A stretch of 58,895 bases of DNA, counting the filler. It is 7 parts of 7 records of this genome, joined end to end, with 100 filler letters (N's around TTAATTAATTAA, not from the genome) between each part and the next. Parts side by side here need not be neighbours in the genome. Positions count along the whole stretch, not along the records: positions 9,253 to 22,032 come from DRR723986_6563; 6 more parts are not named here. One strand, 5' to 3'. The position numbers and the translations under genes are program-made. Under the pieces are notes generated by a model that made no database searches, was not told the DNA's origin, and saw only the letters and a list, made by a program, of their open reading frames with translations. Positions 9,253 through 18,425 of the stretch are shown here, one piece after another; within the stretch, counting starts at the first letter, position 1; every line of letters starts with the position of its first letter.

Positions 9253-10357
9253 CCCCCGCCTCGACCGTGCCGGTCAGGGCCTCGGCGCGCGCGGAGGCCT
9301 CGGCCTCTGTCAGTCGTCCCTTGGCGACCTGCCCCTGCAGGCTGTCCCGCACCGCCGCCAGCGCCTTGTCCAGCGCCTCGGCGTCGCGCTCCATCAGCAC
9401 CACCGGCAGGCGCGCGGCCAGAACGGCGCGGGCGATGCCCTGCCCCATGGTGCCGCCACCCACCACGCCCACGCGGGCGATGGCGCGGGCCGACTTGGGG
9501 TCGAGCCCCTCGACCGACCCGGCGCGGCGCTCGGCGAAGAACAGGCTGCGCAGCGCATGCGCCTCGGGGCTGCGGCGCAGGCGCTGGAAGGTCTCGCGCT
9601 CGTCCACCAGCACGGCCCCCGCGTCTTCGGTCGAGGCCTTCACCAGCCGGATCGCCTCCACGACATTGGGGCGCCCCTTGCCGCGCTTCAGAGCGGCGGC
9701 GGCGGCGGCCTCCAGCGCCTCGGGCGTTTCTTCGGGCGGGCTCATGTCGCGCGCCAGCCGCTTGCCGCGCGGCTCGGTGAGGAAGGCCAGCGCCGAAGCC
9801 AGCAGGTCGTCGCCCGCCAGCCCATCCACCAGACCCAGCGCCAGCGCCTCTTCCGCCGGGATGCGGGCGGCGCGGCAGATCAGGTCCATCGCCTTGCCCC
9901 GCCCGATCAGGCGTGGCAGGCGCTGGGTGCCGCCCGCGCCCGGGATCATCCCCAGCGAGACCTCGGGCAAGCCCACCAGCGTGCCCGGCGCGGCCACGCG
10001 CCAGTCGCAGCCCAGCGCCAGCTCCAGCCCGCCCCCCAACGCCACGCCATGCAGCGCCGCGACCACCGGGAAGGGCGCCGCCTCGATCGTGGCGATCACG
10101 TCGGGCAGTTCCGGCCATGCCAGCGCCTTGTTGAACTCGCGCAGGTCCGACCCAGCGATGAAGCTGCGCCCGGCGCCGATCAGCACCGCGCCGGTCGCGC
10201 CTTCTTCGGTGGCGCGCGCGATGCCCGCGACGAGGCCCTCGCGCACGGCATGAGAGCCCGCGTTCACAGGCGGGTTGGCGATTTCGAGGACGGCGATCCG
10301 GCCTTCCATGCGGAAGTGGACCTTGCCGGAGGACGGCGTTGCGGCTTGCGTGTTCAC
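9253..10357 (-). CDS. Enoyl-CoA hydratase / 3-hydroxyacyl-CoA dehydrogenase fusion (FadB/J-like), 3'-truncated
   Basis: GTG 10357 after AGGA; crotonase GGGLELALGCD and LPEVSLGMIPGAGGTQRLPRL; then VGVVGGGTMGQGIA NAD-binding motif. Confidence 0.9.
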
Positions 10358-10428
10358 GGGTGGGGATCCTTTGCAGGCAGAGAAAGACGGGCCGCGGGAC
10401 GGCCCCGTCCGGTCATGGGTCAGCAGGG

Positions 10429-11238
10429 TCAGGCGCCGTGCGGCAGGGCCGCGACCCAGTCCAGCATCAGGCGCGCGACCTCTTCGGGTTTTTCGTCCGG
10501 CAGGGCATGGCTGGCGCCGTCGACGGTGACCAGATCGACCCGATCGCCGAATTCCCTGACGTAGAAATCGCGGGCCTCGGGCGCGCGGAACGGGTCCTGA
10601 AGGCCCACGATGTCCAGCATCGGCGCGCTGCCGCTGGGCCACCAGCTGTCGCGGTCGGTGGCGGCGCGGGCCTTGCGCTGCGCCACCACGAGCGGCCCGC
10701 TCCAACCTTCGAGCCATGGGCGCGGGTCGTGGCCGGGCGCGAAGAAGCCACGTTGGAGGGCCGCCAGCCGGTCGGCCTCGGGCGCGGCGGGGTCCATGGC
10801 GGTGTCGATGGCCTGCGACAGGTCGGCGGGCCATGCGCCACCGCCCGCCGCCAGCAGGATCAGCCCCTCCACGAGGTCGGGGCGGTCCTGCGCCACGGTG
10901 CGCGCGATCCAGCAGCCGTAGGCATGGCCCACGATCACCGCGCCGCCCGCGCCCGCCTCGGCCTCGAGCGCGGCCGCGGCGTCGGCGGCGAGGTCGTGGA
11001 AGTCGATGCCCTCCAGCGGCCCGGTGCTGTCACCTACCCCGCGCGGCCAGGGCAGGACGACGCGCAGCCCGCCCTCTGCCAGCGCCTCGGCGAGGTGGAC
11101 GAAGTCCTCGGGCCCGCGCCCGGTCGAGGCGATCAGGCACAGCGTGCGTGCCGTCTCGCCCGAGGGGCCGGTGACGCAATAGGCCACGGAGGCCTCGCCG
11201 TTCAGGACGGTCTTCTTCTCTCCCGGCATGGCGGTCAT
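10429..11238 (-). CDS. Alpha/beta-hydrolase fold protein with Ala at the nucleophile elbow (GHAYG)
   Basis: ATG 11238 after GGAG; PRGVGDS, VIVGHAYG, GLQDPF, ASHALPDEKP. Confidence 0.82.
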   Translation of the reverse strand: MTAMPGEKKTVLNGEASVAYCVTGPSGETARTLCLIASTGRGPEDFVHLAEALAEGGLRVVLPWPRGVGDSTGPLEGIDFHDLAADAAAALEAEAGAGGAVIVGHAYGCWIARTVAQDRPDLVEGLILLAAGGGAWPADLSQAIDTAMDPAAPEADRLAALQRGFFAPGHDPRPWLEGWSGPLVVAQRKARAATDRDSWWPSGSAPMLDIVGLQDPFRAPEARDFYVREFGDRVDLVTVDGASHALPDEKPEEVARLMLDWVAALPHGA

Positions 11239-11252
11239 GGGGCGCTCTCCTG

Positions 11253-12002
11253 TCACTTGAGTTTCAGCCGCAGCTTGGTGCTGTCGCCGCGATAGAGGCC
11301 GTCGGCCACCAGCACGCGGATGTCGTCGTGGTCCACCGCCAGCCGCACCATCCGCGCCATCGGCGCGCCCAGCGGCACCGAAAGCTCGGTCGAGATGCCA
11401 AGGTCGGCGGCGGTGATCGTCAGTTCCTGTAGCGCGTTGGCGATGGGCCGCCCCGGCAGGTCCGACACCAGCCGAAGCGCGGTCAGCCGGTCGGCGCTGC
11501 CCTCGGGCAGGCATTGCCACGCGGTCTCGTCGATGTAGACATCGGCCAGCATGAAGGGCGCGCCCTCGCGCCAGTAGCGCCGTCGCAGCTTGCGGTACAG
11601 CCGCGCCGGGCGGCCCGGCCAGTCCTCGGAGCCAAGGAAATGCGGCGCCGGGCCAAGCTCGTTCGACAGCACCTCTATGTGGTTGGCGTAGCGGGCGTTC
11701 AGCAGCGCGGCCCAGTCCGTCTTCATCTCGAACCAGAGGTCCTTCATCGGCGTCTCGCGCACGAAGGTGCCCTTGGCGCGAAAGCGTTCGATCAGCCCCT
11801 CGCCTTCGAGGATGTCCAGCGCGCGGCGCACGGTCATGCCCGCGACGCCGCATTCCTCAGCCAGTTCCACGATCGTCGAGATGCGGTGCCCCACGGGCCA
11901 TTCGCCGCTTTCGATCCGGCGGCGGAAATGTCCCGCCAACTGGATGTAGCGCGAAACGGCGCTTTTCTTCAGCGCGGTGGCGGTCAGGGTCTCTGCCTTC
12001 AT
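11253..12002 (-). CDS. GntR-family regulator (HutC/UTRA type)
   Basis: RYIQLA...IESGEW, TVRRALDILEGEGLIERFRAKGTFV; ATGA overlap with the upstream gene. Confidence 0.88.
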   Translation of the reverse strand: MKAETLTATALKKSAVSRYIQLAGHFRRRIESGEWPVGHRISTIVELAEECGVAGMTVRRALDILEGEGLIERFRAKGTFVRETPMKDLWFEMKTDWAALLNARYANHIEVLSNELGPAPHFLGSEDWPGRPARLYRKLRRRYWREGAPFMLADVYIDETAWQCLPEGSADRLTALRLVSDLPGRPIANALQELTITAADLGISTELSVPLGAPMARMVRLAVDHDDIRVLVADGLYRGDSTKLRLKLK

Positions 12003-12952
12003 GTCATCTCGCGCAGGGGGGTGCCGTCGAGCCACGCCGCCACATCCTCGACCGCACCGGCGTAATAGGCGCGGTAGTTCTCTTCGGTGACGTAGCCGAG
12101 ATGCGGCGTCGCCAGCACGTTAGGCAGCCGCCGGAACGGGTGGTCGAGCGGCAGGGGTTCGGTGTCGAAGACGTCGAGCACGGCGCCGATGCGCCCGGCC
12201 TGAAGCGCGGCGATCAGCGCCGCCTCGTCGACGATCGGCCCGCGCGAGGTGTTCACCAGCAGCGCCCCGGGCTTCATGCTGTCCAGAAGGTCGGCGGTGA
12301 CGAAGCCGCGCGTCTCGGGGACCAGCGACATCTGGATCATCACCACGTCGCTCGTCGCGAAGAGCTCGGGCACCTCCATGGGCGCGATCCCCAGCGCCTC
12401 GGCGCGGGCGGGCAGATCGGTGCGGGTCCAGCCCGCCACCTCCATGCCGAAGACCTGACCGAAGCGCGCGCATTGCGCGCCCAGCTTGCCAAGCCCGAGG
12501 ATGCCGAGGCGACGGCCCCGGGCCGAGCGGCCAAGCCCGCGCTGCCACGGGCCGCCCTCGCGGAAGTTCTGCACCTCTTCGGGGATGGTGCGCAGCGCGG
12601 CCAGCATCCCGCCCCATGCCAGTTCCGCCGCCGGGCTTCCGGCGCTGCCGGTGCCGCAGACGGTGACGCCATGATCGCGCGCCGCATCGAGGTCGATGCT
12701 GCGGTTGCGCGCGCCGGTGGTGATCAGCAGCTTCAGCGCCGGCAGGCGGGCGAACAGGCTGCGCGGAAAGGGCGTGCGCTCGCGCATGGCGATGACGATC
12801 TCGACGTCGCGCAGCGCCTCGGCCACGGCCTCCTCCTCGCCCAGATGGGTGTCGAAGCGGCGCAGGCTGACGCGGCCTTCGAGCGCCGACCAGTCGGCGA
12901 TCCTGAAGGCGGCATCTTGATAGTCGTCGAGAACGGCGCAGACGGGAAGCAT
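11999..12952 (-). CDS. D-2-hydroxyacid dehydrogenase family protein
   Basis: AVLDDYQ, MRERTPF, GILGLGKLG, VNTSRGPIVDE, ATPHLGYV. Confidence 0.9.
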   Translation of the reverse strand: MLPVCAVLDDYQDAAFRIADWSALEGRVSLRRFDTHLGEEEAVAEALRDVEIVIAMRERTPFPRSLFARLPALKLLITTGARNRSIDLDAARDHGVTVCGTGSAGSPAAELAWGGMLAALRTIPEEVQNFREGGPWQRGLGRSARGRRLGILGLGKLGAQCARFGQVFGMEVAGWTRTDLPARAEALGIAPMEVPELFATSDVVMIQMSLVPETRGFVTADLLDSMKPGALLVNTSRGPIVDEAALIAALQAGRIGAVLDVFDTEPLPLDHPFRRLPNVLATPHLGYVTEENYRAYYAGAVEDVAAWLDGTPLREMT

Positions 12953-13014
12953 GGCGAGGGGTCCTTTTCCGGAAAGGGACCGGCCACCCCGCGCGGGGCG
13001 GCCGGTCCGGGCAA

Positions 13015-13965
13015 TCACTGAGAGATGCCCTGCTTTTCGGCCAGCGCCTTCCAGCTCGTCAACTCCGCGTCGATCTCGGCGGCGAACCCCTCGGGCGTGC
13101 TCTGCTCGAGCGTCCAGTCGAGCGGGGTGACCGTCTCGATGAAGGTCTCGTTCCGCAGGACCTCGTTGATGTCGGCGTTGATCTTGGCGACGATCTCGGC
13201 ATCGGTGCCGCCGGGGGCGAAGACACCGACCCACTGGTGGATCTCGGTCTCGGGGTAGCCCAGTTCGACGGTCGAGGGCACGTCCGGCAGCGCGTCGATG
13301 CGCTCGTTGCCCAGAACCGCCAGCACCTTCACCGTGCCCGCGTTGATGTTGTCCCCGGCCGAGGACACCGAAGAGCCGTAGATGTCCGCCTCACCGCTGA
13401 GGATCGCCACCACGGCGGGGCCGCCGCCCTTGAAGTGCACCACGTCGAAGTTCGCGCCGGTCTGGGCGATGAACTGCTCGATGGCGAAATGGGTGGTGGT
13501 GCCAAGGCCCGCGGTCGCGGCGAACTTGGGGTTCTCCTTGCTGTCCTCGACGAAGTCGGGAAGCGTGTCGAAGGGGCTGTCGCCCTGCGTCAGCAGGATG
13601 TACGACACGTAACCCACGTTCGCCACCGGCACGAGATCGGTGCGCGGATCGAAGGGCAGATCCGGCTGGATCGCGGGCGCGGTCACATAGGCCGAGGTCG
13701 TCATCAAGAGCGTCAGCCCGTCCGGCTCTGCCTGGCTGACCTGCGCGGTGCCCACCATGGAGCCGCCGCCGGGCTTGTTCTCGACCACCACGGACTGGCC
13801 CCACTTCTCTTCGAGATAGGGTGCCATGTGGCGGGCAAGGATGTCGGTGTTGCCCGAGGGCGAATAGGGCACCACGATGGACACCGTTCCGCTGGGCCAG
13901 TCCTGCGCCATCAGCGGCGATGCCAGGCCTGCGGCCATGGCCAGTGCGGTCATCATCGTCTTCAT
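13015..13965 (-). CDS. tctC: Tripartite tricarboxylate transporter solute-binding protein (Bug/TctC)
   Basis: Signal peptide, VPYSPSGNTDILAR, VVENKPGGG, PDVPSTVELG; strong GGAGGAGG RBS. Confidence 0.9.
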   Translation of the reverse strand: MKTMMTALAMAAGLASPLMAQDWPSGTVSIVVPYSPSGNTDILARHMAPYLEEKWGQSVVVENKPGGGSMVGTAQVSQAEPDGLTLLMTTSAYVTAPAIQPDLPFDPRTDLVPVANVGYVSYILLTQGDSPFDTLPDFVEDSKENPKFAATAGLGTTTHFAIEQFIAQTGANFDVVHFKGGGPAVVAILSGEADIYGSSVSSAGDNINAGTVKVLAVLGNERIDALPDVPSTVELGYPETEIHQWVGVFAPGGTDAEIVAKINADINEVLRNETFIETVTPLDWTLEQSTPEGFAAEIDAELTSWKALAEKQGISQ

Positions 13966-14057
13966 GAGGGTCCTCCTCCTCTGTTGGGACGGCCTGCCCC
14001 CTCCGGGCAGGGTACGCCGGTCTTGCCCCCGGGGCTGTGTCCCCGGGGTTGGTTGTC

Positions 14058-15599
14058 TCAGTCGCCCGTATCGGGGGCGGCGCTTTGCGCCTGCGTCAGG
14101 CGGGCGCGGCGGCGGGTGCGCATCATCTCGGAACTCCAGACGCCCCAGAGCAGCACCATCCCGGTCAGCGCCATGATCACCGCGCTGATGGGCCGTTCGA
14201 AGAAGACGCCGAAGTCGCCCCGCGCCAGCACCATGGCCCGGCGGAAGTGTTCCTCCATCAGCGGGCCAAGCACGAAGCCCAGCAGCAGCGGCGCTCCGGG
14301 AAAGCGGAAGATCCGCATGGCGAAGCCCAGCGCCCCGAAGGCGGCGACCATCCAGATGTTCAGCGCCGAGAAGCTGGCGGTATAGGCGCCGATGCAGATG
14401 AACATCAGCACGGCGGGGTAGAGCAGATGGTATGGGATCGTCAGCATCCGCACCCAGACCCCGATCAGCGGGATGTTGAGCAGCAGAAGGATCACGTTGC
14501 CGACCCAGAAGCTCATGATGAGGCCCCAGAACAGCTCCGGCTCGGTGCTGATCAGGTTCGGCCCGGGCGCCACGCCGTGGATCATCAGAACGCCCAGCAT
14601 CAGCGCCATGGTGGCAGAGCCCGGCACCCCCAGCGACAGCGTCGGGATGAAGGCGGTCTGGTCGGCGGCGTTGTTGGCGCTCTCCGGCCCCATGATGCCC
14701 TCGATGGCGCCGTTGCCGAAGCGTTCGGGCGTCTTGGACACGCGCTTTTCCACCGCATAGGACAGGAAGGCGGCGATCGACGGCCCGGTTCCCGGCAGGG
14801 TGCCGAAGAACGACCCCATGGAGGCGCCGCGCAGCATCGGCATCCACGAGCGGCGCACGTCGTCCTTCGTGGGCACGATGGCCTTCAGCTTCACGCTGTC
14901 GGGGTCGATGTCGGCGGCGTCGACGCGGCGCACCGACATGATGATCTCGGCCACGCCGAAGATCCCCATGGCCAGCGCGATCAGGCTGACGCCCTCCAGC
15001 AGGCCGAGGTTACCGAAGGCGAAGCGCACGGTCGCCGTCTGCGTGTCCATCCCCACAAGGCCGGTGACGATGCCCAGCGTGACCGACGCCAGCCCCTTGA
15101 TCGCCGAGCCTTCGGAGATGGTGGAGGAGGCCACGAGCCCCATCAGCATCAGCGCGAAATACTCGGCAGAGCCGAAGCGCAGCGCGTATTGGGCGATGAC
15201 CGGCGTGAAGAGCGTCAGCAGGATGATCCCGAAGGAGGCCCCGAAGAAGCTGGCCACCGTGGTCATGAACAGCGCCACGCCGCCCCGCCCCTGCTTGGCC
15301 ATCGGATAGCCGTCGAGGCAGGTCACCGCGTTGGCGGGGGTGCCCGGCAGGTTCAGCAGGATAGAGGCGGTCGACCCGCCATAGGTGGTGCCGTACCAGA
15401 TGCCCGCCAGCATGATCAGCGCCGTCGTCGGCTCCAGATGGAAGGTCAGCGGGAACAGCATCGAGATCGCCGCCAGCACGCCAAGGCCGGGAATGACGCC
15501 GACGAGCGTGCCCAGAAGCGCCCCGAGGAAACAGTAGAAGAGGTTCTGCAGCGACAGGGCGACACCCATGCCGAGCGCGAGGTTTGACAGGAAATCCAT
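14058..15599 (-). CDS. tctA: Tripartite tricarboxylate transporter permease TctA
   Basis: GTLVGVIPGLG, YGGSTASILLNLPG, GPESANNA, PTLSLGVPGS. Confidence 0.93.
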   Translation of the reverse strand: MDFLSNLALGMGVALSLQNLFYCFLGALLGTLVGVIPGLGVLAAISMLFPLTFHLEPTTALIMLAGIWYGTTYGGSTASILLNLPGTPANAVTCLDGYPMAKQGRGGVALFMTTVASFFGASFGIILLTLFTPVIAQYALRFGSAEYFALMLMGLVASSTISEGSAIKGLASVTLGIVTGLVGMDTQTATVRFAFGNLGLLEGVSLIALAMGIFGVAEIIMSVRRVDAADIDPDSVKLKAIVPTKDDVRRSWMPMLRGASMGSFFGTLPGTGPSIAAFLSYAVEKRVSKTPERFGNGAIEGIMGPESANNAADQTAFIPTLSLGVPGSATMALMLGVLMIHGVAPGPNLISTEPELFWGLIMSFWVGNVILLLLNIPLIGVWVRMLTIPYHLLYPAVLMFICIGAYTASFSALNIWMVAAFGALGFAMRIFRFPGAPLLLGFVLGPLMEEHFRRAMVLARGDFGVFFERPISAVIMALTGMVLLWGVWSSEMMRTRRRARLTQAQSAAPDTGD

Positions 15600-16048
15600 C
15601 AGAAGGGCCACCGGATCAGCGGGATCTGCAACCCCAGCAAAAAGACGAAGACGAAGGGCGCCAGAAAGCTCAGCCCGATGCAGGACAGCACAAGGCTCGC
15701 GGGGCGGATCCTCAGGTCGGCCAGCGACGAGATCACGAGGATCGCCACGATCGCCGGGATCAGGCCGAAGGGTCCGATCAGCGCCGCGAAGGCCGCGATG
15801 CCGCCCAGCACGAAAAGCGGAGAGAAGACGCGGATGTCGGGCTTGTCGCCGGGCCTGCGCAGCGCCTGAAGCGCCAGGAGCAGCCCCAGCACGGCCAGCA
15901 CCACGCCAAGCCCCGCCGGGAACATCCCCGGGCCCATCCGGCTGGCGGTGCCCATCGGGTAAAAGGTGACCGAGGTATAGGTCACCGCGCCACCGAAGAG
16001 GATCAGCAAGATGCCCCCCACGATGTCCACGTAGTCGATCCGGTACAT
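15599..16048 (-). CDS. tctB: Tripartite tricarboxylate transporter TctB
   Basis: Small hydrophobic protein with GTASRMGPGMFP, overlapping the tctA start. Confidence 0.88.
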   Translation of the reverse strand: MYRIDYVDIVGGILLILFGGAVTYTSVTFYPMGTASRMGPGMFPAGLGVVLAVLGLLLALQALRRPGDKPDIRVFSPLFVLGGIAAFAALIGPFGLIPAIVAILVISSLADLRIRPASLVLSCIGLSFLAPFVFVFLLGLQIPLIRWPF

Positions 16049-16163
16049 GTCTCTCCCTCCCGTCTTCGGCGGCTCTCTCGGGGACGTGCCCCCTGCCCTC
16101 TCCGCCTTGGCCCCGACGCCCGTCCGGTTGCTCCGGGGGATGGCGCCGTCTCCGACCTTTCCC

Positions 16164-16194
16164 TATAAAAGTCTATGATGTAGCTTTTTGTCAA
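16164..16194 (-). promoter_or_regulatory. Putative sigma70 promoter/operator for the tctBAC operon
   Basis: Perfect TTGACA on the minus strand (16194-16189) in an AT-rich island; imperfect inverted repeat AAAAGTCTA-N5-TAGCTTTT; -10 is weak. Confidence 0.4.
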
Positions 16195-16539
16195 TTTAAA
16201 GTTTCGAGGGGGCCTCCGGGTCATGGTTTCAAGGGGCTTCATGGGACGGCCCGCAATGGCACAACGCCCGCACCCTCGGGCGGTCGGGGCTTTCCCGCCC
16301 ACCCCCGCCCGACCCGCCCGGACGACGATTCGAGCCGGTCGGCAGGCACCGCGCGCAGCCCCCGCGCCCGGGCCCGGGGTCTGCCGGTTCGACCATAGCC
16401 CGTCGCGCGGGACCGGCGGAATACGGCAGTTCTCACCCAAGGCTAACCTAAGGTTAAAGCTTGGCAGCATTTCCGCACTATGCCCACCCCGCCCCGGCTG
16501 GCACATCCCATGACAGCCCCGCCCCAAGAGGAGACGCCG

Positions 16540-17529
16540 ATGACCGCCCCACCGCCCCGTCCACAGGACGCCCTCGCCACGCTGCGCGCCGGGCTGCGCC
16601 TGCCGGTCATCGCCGCGCCGATGTTCCTCGTCTCGAACCCGGCGCTGACCATCGCGCTGTGTCAAAGTGGCGTCGTGGGGTCTTTCCCGGCGCTGAACGC
16701 CCGCCCCGCAGAGGCGCTGTCCGACTGGCTGACCGCGGTCGAAACCGCCCGGGACGCCGCCCGGGCCGAGGGCCGCCCCTTCGCGCCCCATGCGGTCAAC
16801 ATCATCCTGCGCAAGACCAACGCCCGGATAGAGCAGGACCTGCAGACCTGCATCGACCACCGCGTGCCGCTGCTTCTGACCTCCATGAGCGCGCCGGATG
16901 CCGTCACGCCTCGCGTCCATGCCTACGGCGGCCTCGTCTTCCACGACGTAACCACCGTGCGCCACGCGCGCCGCGCCATTCAGGCCGGGGTCGACGGGCT
17001 GATCCTCGTCTGCAACGGCGCCGGGGGCCATGGCGGCACGCTCAACCCCTTCGCCTTCCTCGCCGAGGTCCGCGCCTTCTGGCAGGGGCCGGTGATCCTT
17101 GCAGGCGCGCTGTCGAACGGCGCGCAGGTGCTGGCTGCTCAGCTTCTGGGGGCCGACCTGTGCTACATCGGCACCCGCTTCATCGCCACCGCCGAAAGCG
17201 CCGCCGCGCCCGAGTACAAGCAGATGCTGGTGGAGACCGAGGCCAACGACATCGTCTACACGCCCTATTTCTCGGGCACGCCCGCCAATTACCTCGGCCC
17301 CAGCATCACCCGCGCCGGTCTCGACCTTGCGCAGGTCCGCACACCCGCCGAGGGCGTCTCGGGCACGCCCGGCGAACGGCATCTGCGCTGGAAGGACATC
17401 TGGGGCGCCGGTCAGGGCGTGGGCGGCATCACCGACGCGCCCGCCGCCGCCGCGCTGGTGGAGCGCATGACCGCCGAATACACGGCCGCCCGCCGCGACT
17501 GGGCGACCCGTCTGCAACAGGGCCTGTGA
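16540..17529 (+). CDS. Nitronate monooxygenase / 2-NPD (FabK-like) flavin oxidoreductase
   Basis: LPVIAAPMFLVS, GSFPALNAR, GAGGHGG, YIGTRFIAT, WKDIWGAGQG. Confidence 0.88.
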   Translation: MTAPPPRPQDALATLRAGLRLPVIAAPMFLVSNPALTIALCQSGVVGSFPALNARPAEALSDWLTAVETARDAARAEGRPFAPHAVNIILRKTNARIEQDLQTCIDHRVPLLLTSMSAPDAVTPRVHAYGGLVFHDVTTVRHARRAIQAGVDGLILVCNGAGGHGGTLNPFAFLAEVRAFWQGPVILAGALSNGAQVLAAQLLGADLCYIGTRFIATAESAAAPEYKQMLVETEANDIVYTPYFSGTPANYLGPSITRAGLDLAQVRTPAEGVSGTPGERHLRWKDIWGAGQGVGGITDAPAAAALVERMTAEYTAARRDWATRLQQGL

Positions 17530-17546
17530 GGGCCGGGAGGAGAGAC

Positions 17547-18323
17547 ATGGCAGAGATCATCTACACCGCCGAGGGCGCGCTGGCGCGCATCACCCTCAAC
17601 CGGCCCGAGCGCAAGAACGCCCTTGGCGGCGAGATGCGGCTGGACCTGCGCGCCGCCTTCGACCGCGCCAACGAGGACGACGACATCCGCGCCGTGGTGC
17701 TGGACGCCGCCGGGGACACCTTCTGCGCCGGCGCCGACGTGGGCAAGATCCAGAAGCGCGACCCCAAGGGCAGCCGCAACAACCTGCAATGGAACGGCCA
17801 CCGCCTGATCAAGGCGATCTACCACACCGAAAAGCCGGTCATCGCCTCGGTGCAGGGGGCCTGCGTGGGGCTTGGCCTGTCCATGGCCATGGCCGCCGAC
17901 TTCATCGTCGCCGCCGACGACGCGCGCTTTTCCGCGATCTTCGCGCGGCGCGGGCTGGCGCCCGACACCGGCGCCGTCTTCTTCCTGACCCGCCTGCTGG
18001 GACAGGCCCGCGCGCGCGAGATCGTCTATTCCACCCGCTTCGTCGGCGCCCCCGAGGCGCTGGAGATCGGCCTCGTCAATCGTGTCGTGCCCCGCGCCGA
18101 TCTGGCCGAGGCCACCCGCGCCTTCGCCGAGGACTACCTGAGCGCGCCGACCTATGCGCTCGCCATGGCCAAGACCATGTTCAAGATGGCGCAAAGCCCC
18201 AGCCTCGAGCAGTTCCTCGAACTGGAGGCGCTGGTGCAACCGCAGATCCACCAGACCCACGATTTCGCCGAGGGCGTCTCTGCCTTCCGCGAAAAGCGCG
18301 AGGCGCGGTTCACGGGCCGATAG
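17547..18323 (+). CDS. Enoyl-CoA hydratase/isomerase family (PaaG-like catalytic pattern)
   Basis: ATG after GGAGGAG; LNRPERKNAL, FCAGADV, RRGLAPDTG, EGVSAFREKR. Confidence 0.9.
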   Translation: MAEIIYTAEGALARITLNRPERKNALGGEMRLDLRAAFDRANEDDDIRAVVLDAAGDTFCAGADVGKIQKRDPKGSRNNLQWNGHRLIKAIYHTEKPVIASVQGACVGLGLSMAMAADFIVAADDARFSAIFARRGLAPDTGAVFFLTRLLGQARAREIVYSTRFVGAPEALEIGLVNRVVPRADLAEATRAFAEDYLSAPTYALAMAKTMFKMAQSPSLEQFLELEALVQPQIHQTHDFAEGVSAFREKREARFTGR

Positions 18324-18350
18324 CGCCGGGCCCTGCCCATGCGGCCCAAG

Positions 18351-18374
18351 AATCAATAGACTGATTTATTGATT
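18351..18374. promoter_or_regulatory. Perfect 8-8-8 inverted repeat upstream of the esterase gene
   Basis: AATCAATA-gactgatt-TATTGATT, AT-rich in GC-rich context. Confidence 0.55.
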
Positions 18375-18425
18375 GCTCCTAAGCTTTCCCCTGTCGCCCC
18401 ACCGGCGACACACGGAGGAGAGATC

